This document shows, piece after piece, positions 42,291 to 50,242 of a stretch of 64,000 bases of DNA. The position numbers were made by a program, and so were the translations under genes. The notes under the pieces were generated by a model. That model searched no databases, was not told where the DNA came from, and saw nothing but the letters and a program-made list of their open reading frames with translations. This DNA is from Pseudomonadota bacterium (GTDB lineage: Bacteria; Myxococcota_A; UBA9042), in assembly GCA_005792545.1 (NCBI GenBank), contig SXRM01000249.1, forward strand, positions 3,757 through 67,756, given 5' to 3'. Position 1 is the first letter of the stretch. Each line of letters starts with the position of its first letter.

Positions 42291-42664
42291 AAACATTCGT
42301 TTTGCTTACGATTGGCCCACTTCAGGGCACAGCACCGCGTGCCGACGACATTGATGCGCTGGCCAAGAGCGCTGGCGTCGACATTGAAGACCGCACGTGG
42401 TTTGGGATGCCGTATTGGCGGTTCTCAAGCCACAGGTCCGGAATCGCGCTGGCGTTGCATGTCGCCGAGATCGTGCCAACTCTGGTGCGTCTGACCCAGC
42501 TCGCCCGCCGAGGCGCCGTCGCAGTACCTGCCCAGTTGGGTCTGGTCGTTTACGGCAGCGACAACTGGGACATCTGCTTTTCTGGAAAGCAACTGCGTCA
42601 GTTTGCGCGCCTGGGTATAGACTTGGAAGTACAGCACTACTATTCAAATATGAATGCCGAGTGA
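42287..42664 (+). CDS. Putative immunity protein (DUF4279-like C-terminus)
   Basis: 125 aa, ATGA-coupled to the toxin stop, lower GC, ends FSGKQLRQFARLGIDLEV. Confidence 0.75.
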   Translation: MKTFVLLTIGPLQGTAPRADDIDALAKSAGVDIEDRTWFGMPYWRFSSHRSGIALALHVAEIVPTLVRLTQLARRGAVAVPAQLGLVVYGSDNWDICFSGKQLRQFARLGIDLEVQHYYSNMNAE

Positions 42665-43002
42665 GCGTATCATGTACGCCACCCCATCAGTGCCCCGGCT
42701 TTGCCCGCGCTCACGCGTAGAGCGGTTTTGGCAACGAGCACGCTGGACTATTGGTCATTTCGGCACTGGTTCGGCCCGGCAGTCAGATTTTGGGGCCTGG
42801 CCGCCATTGGCGACGGCTAGGGGTTTGCAGTCCGTTCTGCGACTTCCACGAACGCCTGGCTTGCCGGGCCGAGTTGGCTTGATGGGGCATCGCACTTCCG
42901 GTTTCGTGTGGAAACGCAGTATTGTGTCGCATTGGTCGGCTTGGGGGCCGTCGTTGGGCTGGCGCTGATGTTGGTCGTCCGCATCGGGTTGAGGTGGATA
43001 AG

Positions 43003-45741
43003 ATGACCGGCAAAGGGCACTTGGCGATCGGCGACCGCATGGCTGCATTCGGAAACGGCCGTTGCGAACCCCCGGCTGCACCCGCCGTGCTATCTTGCCG
43101 GTTACTCTGCGTTGCCGCTGTCCACTTTGGTTGCAGCGAAGACGCCGAAAGCGGCAAAGCCACCGCCCAGCGTGCGGATATCGCTGTCGTCGAAGCCGAC
43201 GCGGCAGCAGACGCGCCCACCGACGCGCCCCAACCCCCGGCCACAGCAAAACCCTGCCCCCCGACCCCCTGCCCCGACCAAAACCCCTGCACCCACGACT
43301 ACCCCCGCCCCGACTGCACCTGCGCCCACGACCCGCTGCCTTTGGCTTGCAACGACAACAACGCCTGCACCACCGCCGACTTCTGCGGCCCCGACGCCAC
43401 CTGCGCAGGCTTGCCGCTACCCGCCACCGCCTGCGCCGACGCCAACCCCTGCACGCTCGACGCCTGCGACCCCAAGCTCGGCTGCGTCCACTCGCCTGCC
43501 GACACGACCACGCCTTGCGACGACGGCAACCCGTGCACCACCCCCGACGGCTGCAAGGCCGGGGCATGCTCGCCGGGACCCAAGCTGCCGTGTGACTGCA
43601 CCACCACCGCCGACTGTGCCTCCAAAGAGGACGGCAACAAGTGCAACGGCACGCTGTACTGCGACACCACCGCGCCGCCGTTTCAGTGCAAAGTGCTTCC
43701 CGGCTCCGTCGTTGTCTGCCCGGCCGGCTTCGACACCCCGTGCACGCAGCTCAAGTGCCTCGACAGCACCGGGCAGTGTGCGCCGCTTGGCGTCAACGAA
43801 GGCGGGCCGTGCAGCGACGGCAACGCGTGCAGCGTAGGCGACCACTGCTCCGTTGGCGCTTGCCTGCCGACCGGCGTCACCACCTGTGACGACGGCAATC
43901 CCTGCACCGCCGACGGCTGTGGGCTGGCGTTTGGCTGCAACCACAAGCCGGTGGTCGACGGAACAGCTTGCGAAGCAGACGGCAGTGTGTGCACGCAGGC
44001 CGATGCGTGCGCCACCGGGAGCTGCGCCGCCGGCAAGCCGCTGCTGTGCAATGACGGCAACCAGTGCACCTTCGACGACTGCTCGCCGGCGGTCGGCTGC
44101 GTCGCCATCTTCACCACAGCCAGTTGCAATGACGGTAATGCGTGCACCGGCGGCGATGAGTGCTACAAGGGCCTCTGCTTCGGCAAAGAGGTCAATTGCG
44201 ACGACGGCAACGCGTGCACCGTGGACCTGTGCGCGGCTGGCAGCGGGTGCGACCATGTTATCGCGCCGTTCGCTTGCTCGGACGGCAACGCATGCACGGT
44301 CGGCGATGCTTGCAAGGGCGGGGTGTGCACGCCGGGGCCGGCCACCGTGACGTGCAATGACAACAGCGTCTGCACGGTTGACAGCTGCGTGCCCGCGAAG
44401 GGCTGCAACTTTGCGCCGTTGCCCGAAGACACGACGTGTACCGATGATGTGGCGTGTACAAGCGGCGATGCTTGCAAGGCGGGCAAGTGTGTTGGGGCGG
44501 CGGCGGTTTGGAAAGTGGAGTTTGGTCTGGCAAATAGCGACATTCCGCGCAAACTGCTCGTCTTGCCTGACGGATACGTGGTCGTGGGCTACTCAAAGTC
44601 GTTTTCGACGGTCAGTCGCGCCTGGTTCGTGCGCATTGACACGCACGGCAACCTCCTATGGCAAAAGTCGGCTGGTGGCAAAACGAACATAGAGGTTTAT
44701 TCGGCTACCGGCGTAGGCGGCGGTCTGCTAGTTGTGGCGACTGTCCAGGGCGACAGCGCCACGGCCTCGAAGACCTGGTTGAGCAAGGTCACCGGCAATG
44801 GGGACGTCGCGTGGACGGAACTCGGCGTGCCTTGCTACGGACACACAGCGGGTGAGAGCATTATTGTCCCAGCGCCCGCGGGTTTTGCCTGCATATCGGC
44901 GCTGTATGGCATGGGCATGGCGCGCCTTGACCAGCAGGCCAAGCTGCTGTGGACCGGCAATCTCGGCCAGCCTGCGGATCAGACAAGGACAATAACGGCA
45001 ATGCCCGGGGGCTTTGTGCTTGCGGGCCAGGTGCCGATCGAACAAAAAGGGGGGCAACAGCTTCGTTTTGTTGCTACCGATGACGTTGGCAAGCAGATTT
45101 GGCAGTTGACCGCGCCCGTGCAAGGCTCGCCCAGTGTCATCGATTCAGACAGCGGCCCACTCGGGCCAGTCTTTGTTGGCAGCGCGACTTGGATTGAGAC
45201 TATAAACATCAAGAAGTTTGCCCGCGCGCTGCAGGTTGATGCCGGCGGCAAGCTTGTTTGGGATGCGCTGTATTCGTTTGCACCCAGTTGGGCAGAAGCA
45301 GTGGGTGTCGCGGCCGGTCCAGAAGGCCTCGCCGTCGCCGGTGTCGTTATCGCTTCAACGCCTCCCTTCAAGGCGACACCCATGCTGTTGAGGACGGATG
45401 CCGCCGGCTTGGAGCGCTGGCGGGCATTGTTCGAGATCAATTCCGACGGCAATACAGTTGATGTTGCGTTTGTCGATGGCGGCATCACCGTCCTCGGCGG
45501 CTATGATCCCCCAGGCGACGACAAGATTGACGGCTGGCTCGCCCATACCGACGCATTCGGCAACTATTCGTGCGCCAACTCCGGCCCTTGCTACGCCATG
45601 AAACTCGCCGACTGCGACGACAACAACCCTTGCACCTACGACCAGTGCGACGCCGCGCACAATGGGTGTTGGAATCCTAAGCAGCCCGACAGCACGCCCT
45701 GCGGCGGGGGCAAGGTCTGCAAGGCGGGGGTATGCCAGTAA
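43003..45741 (+). CDS. Cys-rich repeat (lipo)protein with C-terminal beta-propeller-like domain
   Basis: GAGGTGG RBS; probable lipobox VHFG-C; CDDGNxCT repeats; repeated G.LLW/G..V.VG blades; terminal Cys repeat. Confidence 0.82.
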   Translation: MTGKGHLAIGDRMAAFGNGRCEPPAAPAVLSCRLLCVAAVHFGCSEDAESGKATAQRADIAVVEADAAADAPTDAPQPPATAKPCPPTPCPDQNPCTHDYPRPDCTCAHDPLPLACNDNNACTTADFCGPDATCAGLPLPATACADANPCTLDACDPKLGCVHSPADTTTPCDDGNPCTTPDGCKAGACSPGPKLPCDCTTTADCASKEDGNKCNGTLYCDTTAPPFQCKVLPGSVVVCPAGFDTPCTQLKCLDSTGQCAPLGVNEGGPCSDGNACSVGDHCSVGACLPTGVTTCDDGNPCTADGCGLAFGCNHKPVVDGTACEADGSVCTQADACATGSCAAGKPLLCNDGNQCTFDDCSPAVGCVAIFTTASCNDGNACTGGDECYKGLCFGKEVNCDDGNACTVDLCAAGSGCDHVIAPFACSDGNACTVGDACKGGVCTPGPATVTCNDNSVCTVDSCVPAKGCNFAPLPEDTTCTDDVACTSGDACKAGKCVGAAAVWKVEFGLANSDIPRKLLVLPDGYVVVGYSKSFSTVSRAWFVRIDTHGNLLWQKSAGGKTNIEVYSATGVGGGLLVVATVQGDSATASKTWLSKVTGNGDVAWTELGVPCYGHTAGESIIVPAPAGFACISALYGMGMARLDQQAKLLWTGNLGQPADQTRTITAMPGGFVLAGQVPIEQKGGQQLRFVATDDVGKQIWQLTAPVQGSPSVIDSDSGPLGPVFVGSATWIETINIKKFARALQVDAGGKLVWDALYSFAPSWAEAVGVAAGPEGLAVAGVVIASTPPFKATPMLLRTDAAGLERWRALFEINSDGNTVDVAFVDGGITVLGGYDPPGDDKIDGWLAHTDAFGNYSCANSGPCYAMKLADCDDNNPCTYDQCDAAHNGCWNPKQPDSTPCGGGKVCKAGVCQ

Positions 45742-45799
45742 CGGCGTTCGTTTGCGGTGCTGATTGGGCCACCCCCGACACCGCAGCCGGCGCGTCCGC

Positions 45800-47272
45800 C
45801 TACCGATGCCCCCGCAACGCCCGCGCCATCACACTGGCTTTGGCCTTCATACGCTCGCGCTCCACCGCATCGCCCCAGCGCTCCTGGTAATTCGGCTGCA
45901 AGGCGGCAATCGGGTCAAAGAAAAAGAACTGCTTGTCCGGGTCCACGTTCGGGCTCGAAAACACCGCGATGCCCGAGTCGCGGTCGTAAAAATCGTAGCT
46001 GTGCGCATCGCGCTTGCCGCCGCCGCCCAAGGTATCCACCACGAACGTCGGCGTATTGAAGCCGGCCGTGACCCCGCGCACCGCCTTTTCGAGGTCGATG
46101 GCCTTCTGCAGCGTGGTCCGCAGGTCTTCGACGCCTTTGACCAGGTCGTGCACGTACATGTAGTACGGATGCACGCCGACCGCGCCCAGGCGCTTGACTA
46201 GCCCCTTGCAGGTGTCGACGTCGTCGTTGACGCGGTACTGCAGCACGCTCTGATTGCGGATGTGCACCCCAAACTCGGCCAGCAGCCCCAGCGCGTCGCG
46301 GGTAATCCAGGTGATCTCGCGCGGATGGTTGAAGTGGGTGTGCAGCACCACGTCCTTGCGCAGCTGACGGCCAAATGCCACCACGTCGCACAGCGCCTTG
46401 GTCCACTCCTGGTCGGTCAGCAGCTTTTGCGGCATCACCGCCGGGCCTTTGGTGGCAAAGCGGATGCGGCGGATATTGGGCAGCTGCAGCAGGCGCTCGC
46501 CCAGCATGCGAATATGCCGCGCCGGCAGGTTGTAAACGTCGCCGCCCGACAGCACGATGTCTTCCAGCTCTGGCCGGGTCGCGATGTAGGCGAAAATCTG
46601 CTCCCAGCGCGCCGCGTCGGCGTTCAGCTGCACCTTGTCGACAAGCTCGGTGTCCAGGCCCACGGCGTAGCTGCGCGTGCAGAAACGGCAATACACCGGG
46701 CAGGTGTCGAGCGCCAGGAACAGTGCCTTGTCCGGGTAGCGGTGGGTCAGGCCAGGCACCGGCGCGTCTTCCTGCTCGTGCAGCGAGTCCAGCGTCAGCT
46801 CCGGGTGGTCGGCCTGCAGCTGCGACCCGAGCGGAATGAACTGCCGGCGCAGCGGATCCTGGTACGGATCGGACCAGTCGATGAGGCTGAGCAGGTAGGG
46901 CGTCACCCGCACCGACATCGGCGACCGGCCAAAGCCCTGGGCCGCGTCTTGCACGAATTGGGCGGGCGCCACGCCCTGGATCGCCTGCAGCAGCTTGTCC
47001 GGGCTGGTGATGCTGTGGCGGCCCTGCCAGCGGTAGTCCAAAAACGTCGCCGTATCGACATCGGCGTAGGCCGGGATGCGCTGCCAGAACTGGCCTTCGT
47101 CGAATTCGGTGTGGCGCAGCGCGCTGGCCGCGGCCGGCGGCTTGACGTGGCGGCCGGGCAGCGGCGCGAACGGCTGGACGGCCTGGGGCGCAGCCTCAAC
47201 CGGCTGCGGCGCCGAAATGCGGCTCACGGAACCGATCGACAGGGCTTGGGACGCGGCGGCGGATTCAGACAT
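45800..47272 (-). CDS. KamA-family radical SAM aminomutase
   Basis: GLTHRYPDK, CPVYCRFCTR, LSGGD, HFNHPREIT, NQSVL and GGGGK (PLP lysine) motifs. Confidence 0.92.
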   Translation of the reverse strand: MSESAAASQALSIGSVSRISAPQPVEAAPQAVQPFAPLPGRHVKPPAAASALRHTEFDEGQFWQRIPAYADVDTATFLDYRWQGRHSITSPDKLLQAIQGVAPAQFVQDAAQGFGRSPMSVRVTPYLLSLIDWSDPYQDPLRRQFIPLGSQLQADHPELTLDSLHEQEDAPVPGLTHRYPDKALFLALDTCPVYCRFCTRSYAVGLDTELVDKVQLNADAARWEQIFAYIATRPELEDIVLSGGDVYNLPARHIRMLGERLLQLPNIRRIRFATKGPAVMPQKLLTDQEWTKALCDVVAFGRQLRKDVVLHTHFNHPREITWITRDALGLLAEFGVHIRNQSVLQYRVNDDVDTCKGLVKRLGAVGVHPYYMYVHDLVKGVEDLRTTLQKAIDLEKAVRGVTAGFNTPTFVVDTLGGGGKRDAHSYDFYDRDSGIAVFSSPNVDPDKQFFFFDPIAALQPNYQERWGDAVERERMKAKASVMARALRGHR

Positions 47273-47368
47273 CGGCGGACTCCAAAACGATGATCCCCCC
47301 GAAGCCAACCCACGTTCGGCTTCTAACCCCCCGATTGCAAACGCCGCTTGCGGCGACGGTTTGCTCCT

Positions 47369-48583
47369 TCAGTGTACCACTGGCGCTGCGGCCGCGCCAA
47401 GCACCAATTGGCCCAATTCGGCCAACTGCGCCACATGGTGCAGGTCACCCTCGTGTTGCGGCACCGCCACGCACAGCCCGCCCGGACCCGCCAGGTGGCG
47501 CAGGGATTTGAGGTGCTGCGCGTCGGCGTGGGCCAGATGCCGCAGCCGGTCGCCCGCCAGGTGCAGCTGCGCGGCCCAGTTGGTCAGTTGCTCCGCCGGC
47601 GCGCCCGCCGACTGCAAGGCCGAGCGCAGGTGGGCCTCGTCGGTCGGGCCGTGCAGCGTGTCTGGCAGCTGCAACACCCGGTTGACGACGAACCCAGTGG
47701 TGCCGATGCCATGGCTGTGCAACACGTGGTGCAGGTGCCGCGCCTCACGCAGGCTGGTCTCGCCGGGCGCCGTTACCACCACAAAATGGGTGCTGTCGGC
47801 ACGCAGTAGGGCATCGGTCGCCACCGCCCTGTCGCGCAGCCGCGGCAGCACCTCTTGAAAGGCCACGAAGAACTGCGCCACATCGGGCAGCGTCTCGGCG
47901 CCGAACAGCCGACCCAGCACCGACATCGCCACCGAGCCGCCGGTGCCGAGCAGACCCGACAGTCCGCCGGCTTTCTTGCCTGGCAGCGGTACCTTGGCAA
48001 ACCACTTGAGCACGCGATCGTTGATAAAGCTCGCCAGCGTGTGGCCAGCGCGCAAGAAATCCAAGGCGTTGTGCATGGGCGGGGTGTCGAGCACCAGCAC
48101 GTCATATTGTCCGCGCTGGTGCAACTCGCAGATGAGCTCCAGCGCCATGTAGTCGGGCGAGGCTTGTAAGGTCGGCAAGAAGGCCTTGTAGATCCGGTTG
48201 TTGATGACGTCGTCGCGCCGGGCCTGGTCGGGCAGCAAGCGCTCGACCATCGCGATAGCGCCGGTCGACGGGTCGAGCATCATGGCGTGCAGCGAGCCCT
48301 GGCCGAGCTCTGGCTGACCGGGCAGCAAGTGACGCAGCCGCGGTAGCACCTCGTGGGCGACGTTGGGGGCTGTCAGCTGCTCAGGGTTATCGGGCTGCAG
48401 CCCCAGCGCTTGCAGCAGGCGCCGCGCCGGGTCGATGGTCAGCACCAGCACGCGCTTGCCCTGCACGGCGTACGCCAGCGCCAGCGCCGCGCTGGTGGTG
48501 GTTTTGCCGACCCCGCCAGAACCGGCCAGCACCACCAGCCCTGCTTTGGGCAAGTCGGCCGCCAGACGCACCGCGTGCTTCAC
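47369..48583 (-). CDS. ArsA/Get3-family ATPase (second of a tandem pair)
   Basis: GSGGVGKTT, LTIDPARRL and LDTPP motifs; GTGA overlap with the upstream paralog. Confidence 0.88.
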   Translation of the reverse strand: MKHAVRLAADLPKAGLVVLAGSGGVGKTTTSAALALAYAVQGKRVLVLTIDPARRLLQALGLQPDNPEQLTAPNVAHEVLPRLRHLLPGQPELGQGSLHAMMLDPSTGAIAMVERLLPDQARRDDVINNRIYKAFLPTLQASPDYMALELICELHQRGQYDVLVLDTPPMHNALDFLRAGHTLASFINDRVLKWFAKVPLPGKKAGGLSGLLGTGGSVAMSVLGRLFGAETLPDVAQFFVAFQEVLPRLRDRAVATDALLRADSTHFVVVTAPGETSLREARHLHHVLHSHGIGTTGFVVNRVLQLPDTLHGPTDEAHLRSALQSAGAPAEQLTNWAAQLHLAGDRLRHLAHADAQHLKSLRHLAGPGGLCVAVPQHEGDLHHVAQLAELGQLVLGAAAAPVVH

Positions 48584-49563
48584 GCTGGCACCGGATCCTG
48601 GCCGAGTAGGCCAGCGATTTCGTCGATTTGCGGCAGCGGCAAGTCGCGCCGAAACAGGAACGGCACTTGCAGCACCCGGCCCTGGGCCGCGTCGCTCAGC
48701 CTGGGCAATAGGGCTAGCGCGCGCTGTCGGCGGTTGGCCAGCCAGCGAGCTGCCCACAGCGCCCCTTGCAGGCCGGTTGGCCCGTGCAGCGGCGGGTCCG
48801 TTTGCAGCGGGCCCGGGTCAGCGGCCGGCACCACGCCGTTGAGCACCAGCGCCGCCGGCACTACGCCGTGGGCCTTGTGCAGGATCGCTTGCAGTTCCAA
48901 GGTCTCGACCACCGGCATGTCTTCGGGCAGCGTCACCAGCACCAGGCCCGCGCGCTGCGGATCGAGCAACAGCTCGCGCATGCCGCCTGCGTAGTTGTGG
49001 ACCGGGCCAGAGCGAAACGCCTGCTGCAAGGTCCGCGGAATCTGGTACATGCCCTGCACGAAGCCGCTGGTCGGCAGATCGCAGATCGCCAGGTCCCAGG
49101 TGCGGTCGCCGCGCGGACCGTGCAGCTGCAGCATGTGCCACACCTGGTACAGCACCAGGATCGGTTTGATGGCGGGCACGGCCTGGAAAAACGACTCCAC
49201 GGCTTTGTTGCGCAGCGCCAGGTTGACCAGCGTCTCGACCTTAAGCTGCTGGATCGCGAAAAAGCGCAGGCTGTCCATGACATCCAGGGCCATCACGTCC
49301 AAGTTGGGCGCGACCCGCTGTGGCTGCGCGCCGACGTGGCGGACGCCAAACAGCGGACCCGCGCGCGACACCGACTCCAGCTCGACCAGCAACACGCGCT
49401 TGCCCCGTTGGCTGGCATGGCGGGCCAGCGCCTGGGCCATCGTCGACTTGCCGACGCCGCCCTTGCCGGTCACCAGCAGCAGTTCGCGCTGCAAAAGGTC
49501 CGCGCAAACCTGGCCCTGCGGGAGCGGCGCGGGCGGCGAATTGTGCGCGGGGGGCGCGGTCAT
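48580..49563 (-). CDS. ArsA/Get3-family ATPase (first of a tandem pair)
   Basis: VTGKGGVGKST, CDLPTSG and VTLPEDMPVVET motifs. Confidence 0.88.
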   Translation of the reverse strand: MTAPPAHNSPPAPLPQGQVCADLLQRELLLVTGKGGVGKSTMAQALARHASQRGKRVLLVELESVSRAGPLFGVRHVGAQPQRVAPNLDVMALDVMDSLRFFAIQQLKVETLVNLALRNKAVESFFQAVPAIKPILVLYQVWHMLQLHGPRGDRTWDLAICDLPTSGFVQGMYQIPRTLQQAFRSGPVHNYAGGMRELLLDPQRAGLVLVTLPEDMPVVETLELQAILHKAHGVVPAALVLNGVVPAADPGPLQTDPPLHGPTGLQGALWAARWLANRRQRALALLPRLSDAAQGRVLQVPFLFRRDLPLPQIDEIAGLLGQDPVPA

Positions 49564-49617
49564 GGCCGGCAGCATAGCCGGTTGGGGGCGCAGCGCAACG
49601 GTCGCAGGTAGTCGAGA

Positions 49618-49923
49618 TTAGGCGCCGGTAAACAGCAGGGCGAGTGCCGCCAGAATGTCGGCGCGGCGGTCGGCCAGGTTGGCGATGGGAGAGCGCAGTT
49701 CGCGCCTTGGCACGGCGGCGACACTGGTCGTCAACACCCGATAGGCGTTGCCGTCGATGACAAACACGGGCGTCAGGGAACGGACAACGTAGCCAACGAG
49801 CCGTGCTGCCGGGACTAGCGGAATCACGACGCGTGTTTCCAATTCCGACAGCAACTCCGCCTGAACGTCGAGCAACAGCACTTCGCCGCCGTTTGGATCG
49901 CGGTATGCGTCGAACTGCGCCAT
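49618..49923 (-). CDS. ccdB: CcdB-family gyrase-poison toxin
   Basis: MAQFDAYRDP...LLDVQAELLSELETRVVIPL...LTPVF...ILAALALLFTG. Confidence 0.9.
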   Translation of the reverse strand: MAQFDAYRDPNGGEVLLLDVQAELLSELETRVVIPLVPAARLVGYVVRSLTPVFVIDGNAYRVLTTSVAAVPRRELRSPIANLADRRADILAALALLFTGA

Positions 49924-50186
49924 CAAAAATCTCGATACCGTGCAAGCGGCAGACCATACTCGCGAAAGTAGGCGTTGTAGGTCTCAATCGCCTCGCGGTT
50001 CTCCGCCACCCAATCGGCAGCTTTTTGCGCCTCGACCTGCTTGCGCAACGCCGCTTCGCAAGTCGCCGACACGTTGATGCCGGCGGCGCGGGCCTCCGCG
50101 ACCAGCGCTGCATCCAGGGTCAAGTTCACGGCTTTCTTGCGCGGCTTGGCGGCGACAGGTTGCGACGGAGCGGAAGCGGCGAGCAT
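49923..50186 (-). CDS. ccdA: CcdA antitoxin
   Basis: KKAVNLTLDAALVAEARAAGINVS...WVAENREAIETYN...GLPLARYRDF; TGATG overlap with ccdB. Confidence 0.92.
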   Translation of the reverse strand: MLAASAPSQPVAAKPRKKAVNLTLDAALVAEARAAGINVSATCEAALRKQVEAQKAADWVAENREAIETYNAYFREYGLPLARYRDF

Positions 50187-50207
50187 GGCGGACCTCGAAA
50201 ACGACCT

Positions 50208-50242
50208 ATGCGCATTGTATGCGCATCCCCGCGGTCGTTCAA
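50208..50242 (-). promoter_or_regulatory. ccdAB sigma70 promoter with twin palindromic operator
   Basis: Minus strand TTGAAC-N17-TACAAT; two ATGCGCAT palindromes (50208-50215, 50219-50226) straddle the -10 box. Confidence 0.75.

Noticed and set aside
33086-47272. Link between the PPPP short ORF and the KamA gene through EF-P modification
   Set aside because: No efp or epmA nearby and nothing identifies the enzyme as EpmB; the prolines follow directly from the C tract.
47369-49563. Arsenic-resistance operon
   Set aside because: No arsR, arsB, arsC or arsD; the tandem single-domain pair fits the non-arsenic Get3-like class.
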